Source of the DNA: Anaerohalosphaeraceae bacterium
GTDB lineage: Bacteria; Planctomycetota; Phycisphaerae; Sedimentisphaerales; Anaerohalosphaeraceae
Reading direction: 5' to 3'
DNA length: 64,000 bases
NCBI GenBank assembly: GCA_963675525.2
Contig: CAXXSL010000013.1
Location: 320,001 to 384,000 of the forward strand
Position 1 is the first letter of the stretch; each line of letters begins with the position of its first letter. The position numbers and the translations under genes are program-made. The notes below the pieces were generated by a model. The model was not told the DNA's origin and did no database searches. It was given only the letters and a program-made list of their open reading frames with translations. Below are positions 51,010 to 60,874 of this stretch, piece after piece.

Positions 51010-51035
51010 ATTGAAACCCTATGCTAAATTAAATG

Positions 51036-53321
51036 TCAGAGGCTTAGGTTTGAATATCTGGCGGAATCGATAAACGACATGCTTGATAAAAGACTTGCCT
51101 CTAATGCCTCGACGGAATAATTATTTTTGATATACATCTGAGATTCCCCTGACACCCAACCCCACCTCTCCTCATCATTATATAGTTCTGTAATAGCCCT
51201 CGCTATTTCCACTGGTGTTTCACAGGAAGCAGCAAGTTCGCCTGGCAAATCACTAATTCCCTCCCAGGCAATACTTGTCCCAATCACCGGAACCCCGTAA
51301 TACATACTCTCCAGAACTTTACCTTTTACACCCGCACCATACCGAAGTGGAACAACACTTAATCGTGTATTGTCATAGAATCCCCATAGTTGTTCATCAC
51401 TAACATATCCATGAATGATCACCGAGTCACCTGCAAAGCACTGCAGCTCTTCAGGGGGATTGGAACCCACGATATTCAGTTTGATACCTGGATTTTCCTT
51501 TTTGACCAGTCCAAATACATCCTTTATAAAAAACAACATCGCATCAGCATTCGGCGGATGAGCAAACCCTCCTACAAACAACAAATCTTTCCGTTCTCTA
51601 AAGTTAGTCGACAGGGTCGGAACATCATCAAAAAGATAAAGCGGCAATGAAATAATTTTCTTCCCTGGGTATTCTTTTCGCAGAAAATTCATTTCATAGC
51701 TACTAAATGTAAAGGATACCATGGCTGTTTTGAAACAATGAGCCTCCTGTTCCATTAACTCCTGCTCGCCACAGTCTGGCCTTGTGTTAAATATTTTATG
51801 CTGACGCTGAATACGAATCTTGTGAACATCGTGACATTGATACCAAAGTGTTGCCTTCAAATTCTTCCGGCAAAAATCAATATACTTAATTGCGATGTGT
51901 GGTCGATGCAAATAGACAATATCAATGTGGTCATTATTCTCGATTAGCCAATTTTGAACCTGCTCATTGAAAGGGCCCCTGAACACCTCCACTCCCATTT
52001 TCTCTAAAATAGATGTGTATGGCTCGTGACGGTAAGAACTGTCTCCAATAAACTTAACGTTAAACCCTTTTTTCAAAAAATACTGAATATATTGAAACGT
52101 CGACCGAGAACCACAATCCTGATCAAAGGTGGGCACATAATGATCAATGAAAACGATGGTTGTTCTGCCTGAACTTCGGTCACGAGCACTGAAAAGGTGC
52201 ATTGTGGAGTCTGGAAACAATTGGCTTTCCAGTTCCAACTGCCATTTCTCCGCAAATTTTTTCTGATTTTCCTCTTGGCAAGCTTTTGCTCCGGCAGACA
52301 CATTGGTCCCACATGATACACCTTCGTGATGAATAATTTCTGCACGAGGAGAATAAACAACCCTGAAGCCTTCTTGGCGTACAGCAAACGCTAAATCCGT
52401 ATCTTCGTAATAGGCAGGCGCAAATCTATCATCAAAACCGCCTAATTGGTCCCAGAGAAATTTTCGGATCATAATGCCGGCTCCTGAGATATAATCAACG
52501 TCTTTTTGATAATTAAACTCAGACAAGCTTGGGTCTTGAAAACGTCCATAATTCCAACCGCTTCCATCACGCCATATAATTCCACCTGCTTCCTGCAACC
52601 TGCCATCCGGATAAATCAATTTAGCTCCCGCCATTCCAATGTCAGTATTTTTCTCTAATAATTCAAATAATTCAAGAATTGCATTTGAACATACTTCAGT
52701 ATCATTATTCAAAAGCATTAGATACTTTCCACAAGCATGGTCTGCAGCAAGATTACAGTTTCGAAGAAAGCCAAGGTTAATCTGAGATCGAACAACTTTT
52801 ACACCTGGGAAGACAGACTTAATCCAACATGTCATATCATTCGAACAATCATCTCCAACAATAATTTCATAGGGCACGGAAACCGTCCTGATAATACTTA
52901 GAATGCATTTATAAGTATAGTGGAATTGATTAAATACAGGTATGACAATACTAACATCAGGATTCTCAAAATATGGGATGTTATGTCTCCCGAAAAAACG
53001 GAGGTCTTTTTTACTTAAGCCAAACTCATTCTCATTATATCGGCTTTCCTTAACACCATGCTTGATATAGTGATAAAGAGGATTCACTCCCTTTTCTGCC
53101 ACATCAGGATAATCTCTTAAGTACCACTCAGTATCAAAAAATTCGCTGGGATTACGCCCCTCTTGCCAACCGTAACGGATATAATGCTTGATTGGGTCCA
53201 TGCAGTCCCGTGCGACATCCAGATTTTGACGCAGGTATCGCTCCGAATCAAACCGACCGCTACGGCGAATTGTCCGATAAACTTGAAACTCTCTTAGTCT
53301 TTGCTTTATTAAGCTAAACAC
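51036..53321 (-). CDS. Bifunctional GT2+GT4 glycosyltransferase
   Basis: LLNNDT, LQEAGG, YYEDTDL; FVGGFAHPPNADA, PLRYGAGVKGKV; N-terminal FD..Y...HY...G repeats. Confidence 0.88.
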   Translation of the reverse strand: MFSLIKQRLREFQVYRTIRRSGRFDSERYLRQNLDVARDCMDPIKHYIRYGWQEGRNPSEFFDTEWYLRDYPDVAEKGVNPLYHYIKHGVKESRYNENEFGLSKKDLRFFGRHNIPYFENPDVSIVIPVFNQFHYTYKCILSIIRTVSVPYEIIVGDDCSNDMTCWIKSVFPGVKVVRSQINLGFLRNCNLAADHACGKYLMLLNNDTEVCSNAILELFELLEKNTDIGMAGAKLIYPDGRLQEAGGIIWRDGSGWNYGRFQDPSLSEFNYQKDVDYISGAGIMIRKFLWDQLGGFDDRFAPAYYEDTDLAFAVRQEGFRVVYSPRAEIIHHEGVSCGTNVSAGAKACQEENQKKFAEKWQLELESQLFPDSTMHLFSARDRSSGRTTIVFIDHYVPTFDQDCGSRSTFQYIQYFLKKGFNVKFIGDSSYRHEPYTSILEKMGVEVFRGPFNEQVQNWLIENNDHIDIVYLHRPHIAIKYIDFCRKNLKATLWYQCHDVHKIRIQRQHKIFNTRPDCGEQELMEQEAHCFKTAMVSFTFSSYEMNFLRKEYPGKKIISLPLYLFDDVPTLSTNFRERKDLLFVGGFAHPPNADAMLFFIKDVFGLVKKENPGIKLNIVGSNPPEELQCFAGDSVIIHGYVSDEQLWGFYDNTRLSVVPLRYGAGVKGKVLESMYYGVPVIGTSIAWEGISDLPGELAASCETPVEIARAITELYNDEERWGWVSGESQMYIKNNYSVEALEASLLSSMSFIDSARYSNLSL

Positions 53322-53336
53322 ATCTGCCCGCCTTAA

Positions 53337-54023
53337 TCACATAAGATGCCGCTCGATGCTCTTCTCCACCGGCAGTTCCGGAAGAGAATGTCCATTTTCA
53401 ATATGGATAACGCGGTCGCATAAATCTTTGACAAGATTCATCGAATGAGTAACCAAAACGACCGTATGATCGCTTTTAATTTTTTCTTTGATCAACCCTG
53501 AAGCCTTCTCCTTAAATGCCTGATCTCCTGTCGCCAGAGCCTCGTCAATAAGAATGATATCGGTATTGACATAATATGCAATCGAAAAGCCTAATCTGGC
53601 ACGCATTCCGCTGGAATAGTGCCTAATCGGCTCATCGATAAAATCGCCGATGTCGGCTAATGCAATAATGTCATCAACCCGCTTGGAAATATGCTGTTTA
53701 TCCATTCCCAATAATAATCCACAGAGAAAAATATTTTTTCGGCCTGTCAGCCGGGGAGCAAAGCCCGCCCCCAGCGACAGCATTGTCACGGTCAACGCAG
53801 CCCTGTCAATTGACCCTTTGTCTGGGCGAATTATATCGGCTAAGACCTTTAATAGGGTCGATTTACCCGCCCCATTTCGCCCTATAACTCCAAGTGTCTC
53901 GCCGCGATGTACCTGAAACGATATATCATGCAGTGCCCAAAACTTGTTTGCTTTCCACGGCAGCGAAGCGGCCTTGCGGTAACACACACCAACATTTTTC
54001 AGATCAAAAGCAACCCCCTTCAT
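53337..54023 (-). CDS. wzt: Polysaccharide ABC exporter ATPase (no C-terminal CBM)
   Basis: GRNGAGKST, YSSGMRARLGF, IDEALATGD, VTH; only 228 aa. Confidence 0.9.
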   Translation of the reverse strand: MKGVAFDLKNVGVCYRKAASLPWKANKFWALHDISFQVHRGETLGVIGRNGAGKSTLLKVLADIIRPDKGSIDRAALTVTMLSLGAGFAPRLTGRKNIFLCGLLLGMDKQHISKRVDDIIALADIGDFIDEPIRHYSSGMRARLGFSIAYYVNTDIILIDEALATGDQAFKEKASGLIKEKIKSDHTVVLVTHSMNLVKDLCDRVIHIENGHSLPELPVEKSIERHLM

Positions 54024-54039
54024 ATATTTGTCCTTATTA

Positions 54040-54813
54040 TCAGCCTATCTTTGGGAAATTACGATTAAACCTGTGTATCAACAGCCACCCGACGGCCAAA
54101 AACACACCGCTTATGATCAACGCCGGAACAAGTTGTTTCAATTCCGGCCACCGACCGTATAGTAATATGGAACGAAACTGCTCAATTATCGCGGCAATCG
54201 GATTCAACCGAAGAATGGCCTGCATAGAAGGCGACAAGTTGCCAATATCAAAAAAAATCCCTGACAGAAAAACCAAAAGATGCATTATTGTGTCCAGAAT
54301 TAAGCGGAAATCAGGAAAAAATGGAGTGATCGCCGCACAGATCATAGACGCTCCAACCGTTGTCAGTAATATCAGGGCAACCAACCCCGGCAACGCCAAA
54401 TAAGCCCATGAAGGAGGAATCCCGACCAACCAGGTAATGATCAATACCAATAAAAAAGTCACCATGAATTTGACCAAATTGACCATTACCACAGATAGCG
54501 GAAATATGCTTTTATGAATATAGACCAACTGTATGAGCCCCGTTGAACCAGAGATGCTCGTCGCACTTCGGGTAACCGTTCCGGCGAAAAAACGGTAAAG
54601 AACTATCCCGATGAATAAAAAAAGAGCAAAATGCGGCGTCTCCCGATGAAAAATATATTTGAAGGCGACATAATAAATCACCAAACTCATTAGTGGTTCA
54701 AGAATCCACCACAGATAACCTGCATAAGTCCTCGTCGCTTCGCTTCTTAACTCGCTATTTGCGCGATATAAAACAAGATTTAAAAACTTGAATAGACCCG
54801 AATTCATTACCAT
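54040..54813 (-). CDS. wzm: Polysaccharide ABC exporter permease
   Basis: GYLWWILEPL, FLSGIFF, LNPIA..I..FR; six TMs; adjacent to wzt. Confidence 0.9.
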   Translation of the reverse strand: MVMNSGLFKFLNLVLYRANSELRSEATRTYAGYLWWILEPLMSLVIYYVAFKYIFHRETPHFALFLFIGIVLYRFFAGTVTRSATSISGSTGLIQLVYIHKSIFPLSVVMVNLVKFMVTFLLVLIITWLVGIPPSWAYLALPGLVALILLTTVGASMICAAITPFFPDFRLILDTIMHLLVFLSGIFFDIGNLSPSMQAILRLNPIAAIIEQFRSILLYGRWPELKQLVPALIISGVFLAVGWLLIHRFNRNFPKIG

Positions 54814-55184
54814 TCCAAGTATCGATTTATTTTCAGCTACAAGCAAAAAGAAGTGTATCGCGAAGGGGCTTAAATTTCAATAAAAATTTAGCTTTAGCTG
54901 CCGACCTGTCGCAAACGAATTGTATCGAGACATGGAAGACCACTGCGGGACATTGCGGGCTCACAAAGAAACTGGGGAAAGAGAAGAAATGAGAAGGAAA
55001 GTTTAAAAACATACTTGTCAGGCCCACAATCGGCATTCGTATGCCTGCGTCATGGCTTTATAAGCGGACATTATATCGTTGTAAGCTTGCATCGAGGCAA
55101 AGTGTGCACTATACGAGCAAAAGTTAACGAAAAAAACTTGTGACAACCTGTGCTTCTGCCAACTCTTTCGGAATTGAACCGTTC

Positions 55185-56828
55185 TTAATAAAGAAGCCAG
55201 TCTTGATTATCGCCAACTAAAAAACTGTCATCAACTTTTACGAGACCATCCATAAGCGTGGAGAAATGGACGCCTGTCACGGCATGACGCCAGACAAGAT
55301 CCGACTTGCCATCACCGTTAAAATCGGCCAGATCAACAATCTGCCAATTGGCAATATTACCCCCCAAACCCTGATCTTGAACCTTTACGAGACCATCCAT
55401 AATCGCAGCGGAATGGCCGCCTGTCACGGTATGTCGCCAGACAAGATCCGATTTGCCGTCACCGTTAAAATCGGCCAGATCAACAATCTGCCAATTGGCA
55501 ATATTACCCCCCAAACCCTGATCTTGAACCTTTACGAGACCATCCATAAGCGTAGCGAAATGGCCGCCTGTCACGATATGACGCCAGACAAGATCCGACT
55601 TGCCGTCACCGTTAAAATCAGCCAGATCAATAATCTGCCAATTGGCAATATTACCCCCCAAGCCTTGATCTTGAACCTTTACGAGACCATCCATAATCGT
55701 TGCGGAATGGCCGCCTGTCACGGTATGACGCCAGAGAAGATCCGACTTGCCATCACCATTAAAATCGGCCAGATCAACAATCTGCCAATTGGTAATATTA
55801 CCCCCCAAGCCCTGATCTTGAAGTTTTATGAGACCATCCATAATCGAAGCGGAATAACCACCTGTAACGGCATGACGCCAGACAAGATCCGACTTGCCGT
55901 CACCGTTAAAATCAGCCAAACCAACAATCTGCCAATTGGCAATATTACCCCCCAAATTCCCTCGTTGGGTCTCCACAAGCCCATCCATAACCGCAGCAGA
56001 ATAATTACCTGTAACGCTATTCCGCCACAGAACATCCGACTTGCCGTCACCATTGAAATCGCATAAACCCACAATTTTTAATCCATCATAAGTGCCACCC
56101 AGACTTGCCTCTTCTACTTTCACTAAACCATCCATAATAACCGCTTTATATGCCCCGGTTGATCTATCCCGCCAAAGTAAACCGGTTTTGCCATCACCAT
56201 TGAAATCGGGCTTCATGCTGCCGAGAATCAAATCATTATTCAAATCAATTGCTGACGATTCACTATAATTCATTCCCTGATCCGTAAACGCATTAACGGT
56301 GGTAGTCAGGGTTATTCCATCCAAAGCAACTCCGGAATCAGAATCGATACCGATTCCAAAACTCCGGCCAGTGCCGGCGAAGTCAATGAGTTTGAGTAAT
56401 GCAGAAGAATAGGTTACTGTAGAGCCATCGGCGAGGGGAAAATTAAAAGGTGATTCGAACACATTCCAGACATCCGAATCAGGATCGTTGATCTGACTGA
56501 AGCGAAAGACTAAATTGCCGTTTTCGAGCTGCCCCTGGAGGCCAACTCCGTAACCGTCAAATATATTGCCAACCCCATTATCCTGCGAAATCGTACTCCC
56601 TGCATCCGGATTATCCAGCAAATGCACATACAAATCCGTCGTGCTTGGATTTTCTATCGTTAGTACGGCTTCGGTAATGACACTTCCTGCGGGAATCTGG
56701 ACATCATCAGTGCTAATACCCCATATGAAATATTCTCCGCTTTGCAATGATACTGCTTCAACAGAGGTTAATAAACCGCCGCAGAGCACAATCACCAAAA
56801 TAAATCGCAGGTACAATACAAAACGCAT
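55185..56828 (-). CDS. Secreted FG-GAP/VCBS repeat beta-propeller protein
   Basis: Signal peptide; seven DFNGDGK..L.WR repeats. Confidence 0.88.
   Translation of the reverse strand: MRFVLYLRFILVIVLCGGLLTSVEAVSLQSGEYFIWGISTDDVQIPAGSVITEAVLTIENPSTTDLYVHLLDNPDAGSTISQDNGVGNIFDGYGVGLQGQLENGNLVFRFSQINDPDSDVWNVFESPFNFPLADGSTVTYSSALLKLIDFAGTGRSFGIGIDSDSGVALDGITLTTTVNAFTDQGMNYSESSAIDLNNDLILGSMKPDFNGDGKTGLLWRDRSTGAYKAVIMDGLVKVEEASLGGTYDGLKIVGLCDFNGDGKSDVLWRNSVTGNYSAAVMDGLVETQRGNLGGNIANWQIVGLADFNGDGKSDLVWRHAVTGGYSASIMDGLIKLQDQGLGGNITNWQIVDLADFNGDGKSDLLWRHTVTGGHSATIMDGLVKVQDQGLGGNIANWQIIDLADFNGDGKSDLVWRHIVTGGHFATLMDGLVKVQDQGLGGNIANWQIVDLADFNGDGKSDLVWRHTVTGGHSAAIMDGLVKVQDQGLGGNIANWQIVDLADFNGDGKSDLVWRHAVTGVHFSTLMDGLVKVDDSFLVGDNQDWLLY
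55200..56212 (-). repeat. 147-bp (49-aa) tandem repeat, 7 copies
   Basis: Recurring atccgacttgccgtcaccgttaaaatc and gagaccatccataa at 147-bp period. Confidence 0.92.
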
Positions 56829-57390
56829 AATATGCCATCCCCATTTAAGAATTTGCTTCTTCTTGTTCTTGCCAATAAAAATATAAGAAACAATTTCTCC
56901 CCTGGCAAAAAACTCTTATACTTGAGTTTTTTATGGTCCTATAATGTGTTTGTTAGAAACAGCAAAAACAAGTTTCGTCCGATAAGTTACTAATTAAATT
57001 CAAATAGTCAAGTGTTTATTATGCTTAATTAAGTTGGCTAATTTCCACGGTGTGCACTAATCAAATGAGTAATCTGTGACTTCGTCAAAATCCTCCGAAA
57101 AACTTTAGAAGGAATATGTGCAAATCATTTAAAATGGTATTACTATCGCGTATAATGTAAAAGAATAGCTCTTCGAAATACTGACAGCTAAGACATAACC
57201 TCTTTTTGAAAAAGAATATAAGAATAAAGGAGTGCTCTGTATTAGGAACAATAAAAAATATGGATGTGACAATATTGCAGCATCATTGTCGAAAATCCAT
57301 AAGAATGTCATTGTCAGGCAATTTTCCCCGACGTATATGAATTTGTTTGAGTAGATTTTAGTAACCGAAAATTGTTAAAAAGGTAAAACT

Positions 57391-58083
57391 GTGGAAATCC
57401 ATTGCTTAGCGCAAGTTCCATTTGAAGATGCGGCGAATATTGACCGCTGGGCCGGAGACAGGGGGCATTCGCTGAGTTATACGCACTTTTTTCGCAACGA
57501 ATCTCTACCTCAAATCGGATCTTTTGACATGCTGGCTATCATGGGCGGGTCGATGAATATTTATGAACATAAGGCATACCCCTGGCTGGTTACGGAGAAG
57601 GTGTTTATCCAAAAGGCAATGGAAGCGGGGAAAAAAGTAATTGGTGTTTGTCTGGGCGGGCAACTGATCGCCGATGCTCTGGGGGGTAAAGTCATCCCCA
57701 ACCGGGAAAAAGAGATCGGATGGCACCCAATCGTCCTGACGGAAGCGGGCCAGGCATCAGCTGTATTTAGGGGGTTGCCTCAAATCATGAACGTTTTTCA
57801 ATGGCATGGTGATACGTTTTCGATTCCGCCGGGAGCAATCCACCTGGCAACGAGTTCAGCCTGCGAAAATCAGGCGTTTCTGTATGGACAAAGTGTACTA
57901 AGCCTTCAGTTTCACCTTGAATATTCACAGGAAAGTATTGAAAAAATGCTAACTCATTGCGCCGACGAGATAGTGCCGACTCCTTATATCAATACTATTG
58001 ATATAATCCGGAAAAATTACATAAAAATCCCAGCCACCACAGAATGGCTCTACACCCTTTTGGATAACTTTTCTTCACTTTAA
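57391..58083 (+). CDS. Type 1 glutamine amidotransferase family protein
   Basis: MGGSM, GVCLGGQL, EIGW, QWHGDTF, LQFHLE. Confidence 0.9.
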   Translation: MEIHCLAQVPFEDAANIDRWAGDRGHSLSYTHFFRNESLPQIGSFDMLAIMGGSMNIYEHKAYPWLVTEKVFIQKAMEAGKKVIGVCLGGQLIADALGGKVIPNREKEIGWHPIVLTEAGQASAVFRGLPQIMNVFQWHGDTFSIPPGAIHLATSSACENQAFLYGQSVLSLQFHLEYSQESIEKMLTHCADEIVPTPYINTIDIIRKNYIKIPATTEWLYTLLDNFSSL

Positions 58084-58090
58084 CGGTCAG

Positions 58091-58981
58091 CTATCGAATC
58101 TTTTCGACTGCGGCAGCAATATGCGCAGGGGTTGTACCGCAGCAACCGCCCAGAACGGCAGCACCTGCCTCATGAATTTGTGCCAGTGCATCGGCATAAT
58201 CAGCGGGCGTCAACTTGTACACAGCTTTATCGCCTTCCAGTTCGGGACGCCCCGCGTTCGGTTCGGCCAGTAACAATACACCCGTGCCTTCGAGTGCTTC
58301 CGCATAGTTCTTTGCCAGCCGGATATAGCCCGGCATGTCAAGTGTGCCGCAATTGAATCCCAACGCGACAATCCCCAGCGAAGCAAGTTGCTCAACGGCC
58401 TGTATGGGTGAAACACCCATCATCGTCCGGGCAGCATCACCGGCCGGATCGTATGCCAATGAAACCAGGACCGGTAAGTCGCAAACACTTTGGACCGCCT
58501 CGACGGAAACCTTGATCTCTTCCAGTGCAGTCAGGGTCTCGATGATAAAACCGTCAACGCCGCCGTCGAGCAGTCCCCGGGCCTGTTCGGCAAAAGCAAC
58601 CCTTAATTCGTCTTCTTTGACCATGCCGAGCGGTTCAAGAAAATCACCGCAGGGACCGATGTCACCCAGCACATACTTCGCCTCACCGACGACTAACCGA
58701 GCCAGTCTGGCCGCAGCCAGGTTGATTTCATGGATCTTCTCGGCAATGCCATGGCGTTTGAGGACAAGACCGTTGGCCCCAAAAGTATTGGTAATAACCG
58801 CATCAACCCCGGCGTCGATATATTTCTGATGCACGGTTTTCACCGTTTCGGGAGATTGGATATTCAGATAGTCATTACAGCATCCGATCGGCGCACCGGC
58901 TTCGATCAATTGGGTACCCATGGCCCCATCGATAAAAAATACACCCTGCAACAGCCGTTCTTTTAAAGCAACCCGTGTCAT
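58091..58981 (-). CDS. Homocysteine S-methyltransferase domain protein (stand-alone MetH N-terminal module)
   Basis: DGAMGT, TNTFGAN, GFNC, PNAG, GGCCGTTP. Confidence 0.9.
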   Translation of the reverse strand: MTRVALKERLLQGVFFIDGAMGTQLIEAGAPIGCCNDYLNIQSPETVKTVHQKYIDAGVDAVITNTFGANGLVLKRHGIAEKIHEINLAAARLARLVVGEAKYVLGDIGPCGDFLEPLGMVKEDELRVAFAEQARGLLDGGVDGFIIETLTALEEIKVSVEAVQSVCDLPVLVSLAYDPAGDAARTMMGVSPIQAVEQLASLGIVALGFNCGTLDMPGYIRLAKNYAEALEGTGVLLLAEPNAGRPELEGDKAVYKLTPADYADALAQIHEAGAAVLGGCCGTTPAHIAAAVEKIR

Positions 58982-58994
58982 AATATCCTTTTCA

Positions 58995-59837
58995 CTAATC
59001 TTCCTGAATCTCGAATTCACAATTCTCATTTAACCGGTAAACATTCTTATACCCGTCACGTGCCGGACGGGCAAACAATTTTTTGCTCTGTTTTTCCGGG
59101 GGCAGGGACCGAATGTTCTTCAGTTTAATCTCAACCGACGATTCTTCCAACCCCTCCTGATCGTAATACGCCAATCGGATCCCGGACGGCACCATGAATC
59201 CTTCGCGGCTGGTTGTATAATCGCTTAGTTCAACCGATCCCTTTTTTAACTCTTGCAGATCAAAATACTCGATTTGCTCAATATGATAATCACAGGAATT
59301 AATGTAAAGGCGTTTTTCTCGTTTTCCATTATTGAACAAGTCCAGAATATCATACCCGCCGCGATGCCACAACGTCCAGTTAGTTGTCACCTCAACGACA
59401 CCAAAGGCCTCGGCGATGTTGGTCGGATCGAACAGGAGAATCTCTCTGCACATCTTTGCCTGGCGTTTGTCGCCCCACCAATACGAATCCAGTTCAGGTT
59501 TGACACGCAGCCAGAATTCGGTCTCGTTGGTGCCAAAGCGGACCTCGCCGAATTTATCGCCTTTAAAATAAATCTTATCCGGCGGCACAAAGGCCAATTT
59601 ATCGCGAACAATTTCATTTTTTTCGGTGCCATCGGCCTGTCGCCATGAAATGATACATTCGGCGGGTGCAACAAAAGGCTGAACATTGTGTTTCTGCAGG
59701 GCCAGTAGACGCACGGCTTCGGCGATATCGGCCTTGCCGGGGCAGACCAGATCACCGGAAGTTTCCGTAGGCGGTTGCGGACAACCGGACAGCAGTATCA
59801 GGGCCGGAAACAACAGCAATATCAGTTTATACTTCAT
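58995..59837 (-). CDS. Hypothetical lipoprotein
   Basis: Lipobox LSGC; 280-aa ORF in operon position. Confidence 0.7.
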   Translation of the reverse strand: MKYKLILLLFPALILLSGCPQPPTETSGDLVCPGKADIAEAVRLLALQKHNVQPFVAPAECIISWRQADGTEKNEIVRDKLAFVPPDKIYFKGDKFGEVRFGTNETEFWLRVKPELDSYWWGDKRQAKMCREILLFDPTNIAEAFGVVEVTTNWTLWHRGGYDILDLFNNGKREKRLYINSCDYHIEQIEYFDLQELKKGSVELSDYTTSREGFMVPSGIRLAYYDQEGLEESSVEIKLKNIRSLPPEKQSKKLFARPARDGYKNVYRLNENCEFEIQED

Positions 59838-60091
59838 AGGCCATCCTTTTTTTAAACAATCTTCTCGCTTTTATATTATATAGAAACCGCCAAATAGTCC
59901 AATTATTTCAATTTTTGAGGAAAATTGTTTTTTATTTTAACATCTTTCCGGTCGGGACAAGAGGAATTTTTTGCTGATTGGAAATTTGCTGAATAGCTAA
60001 TATAATCATGGCGAAACCGTCGATTCCCGATATTCAATCGGTCAAAAAACAGCAAAAAAGTCCTCCGATTGATAAAATGGGTATCTACGAA

Positions 60092-60844
60092 CTAGTCTCT
60101 CGCCGATGAGATCATTTCACCGCTGAGGCTGATGGTGATGTCCTGAATATGCAGGTCACAACCGGACAATTCAACCGCTTTCTGGGCCAATCGCAGCAAT
60201 CCCGTGCAGCAGGGAACTTCCATGTGGGCCACCGTCAGACTTTTGGGCTTTGCGGTGGTGAAGATATCCGCTAGTTTCTGCACATAGCCGTCCGTCTCAT
60301 CCAATTTGGGACAAGCAATGGCGATTGATTTTCCCTTGAGCAACTTGTCATGGAAATCGCCCATCGCAAAGGGCACACAATCGGCCACTAACAGCAAATC
60401 CGCCCCGGCAAAATACGGCGCGATTGGCGAAACCAGCTTCAACTGCACCGGCCACTGGCCCAACTGCGACGGTACATCGGCACCGGCGGCAAGATCCAAT
60501 TTTGAATCCGTCTCCGGTTTAAGATTCATCATCCGCATACCGGGACAGACAAAGCTTTCTGATTTAGCGGTCTGCTTTTCGTGAGTGGCTTTGTTGTGGT
60601 TAATTTCTTCAAGATATTTCTTCGTGGCCTCTTCATCGAATTCATCCGCCTCACGCTGTTCGATGGTAATCGCATCGACCGGACAACAATTCAGGCAGGC
60701 CCCGAGGCCGTCGCAGTAAATTTCACTGACCAGTTTGGCCTTGCTGTCGATCATTTGGATCGCACCTTCGGCGCAGGCATTGACACACGCCCCGCAGCCG
60801 TTACATTTTTCTTCGTCGATTTTAACGATATTTCGTATTGCCAT
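60092..60844 (-). CDS. 4Fe-4S ferredoxin-domain protein
   Basis: CNGCGACVNAC, CDGLGACLNCCP, QWPVQL, CPKLD, MEVPCC. Confidence 0.88.
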   Translation of the reverse strand: MAIRNIVKIDEEKCNGCGACVNACAEGAIQMIDSKAKLVSEIYCDGLGACLNCCPVDAITIEQREADEFDEEATKKYLEEINHNKATHEKQTAKSESFVCPGMRMMNLKPETDSKLDLAAGADVPSQLGQWPVQLKLVSPIAPYFAGADLLLVADCVPFAMGDFHDKLLKGKSIAIACPKLDETDGYVQKLADIFTTAKPKSLTVAHMEVPCCTGLLRLAQKAVELSGCDLHIQDITISLSGEMISSARD

Positions 60845-60874
60845 TACGAACCTCACATTTCTATTGAACCATAT

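Noticed and set aside
55200..56212. 147-bp repeats as CRISPR, and antisense ORF 55266-56066 as a gene
   Set aside because: Repeats encode FG-GAP blades on the minus strand; the antisense ORF is a shadow of them
56829..57390. Small ORF 57129-57311 or ncRNA in the long AT-rich gap
   Set aside because: No RBS, motif or convincing structure beyond one weak A/T hairpin near 56907-56932; probably a divergent promoter region
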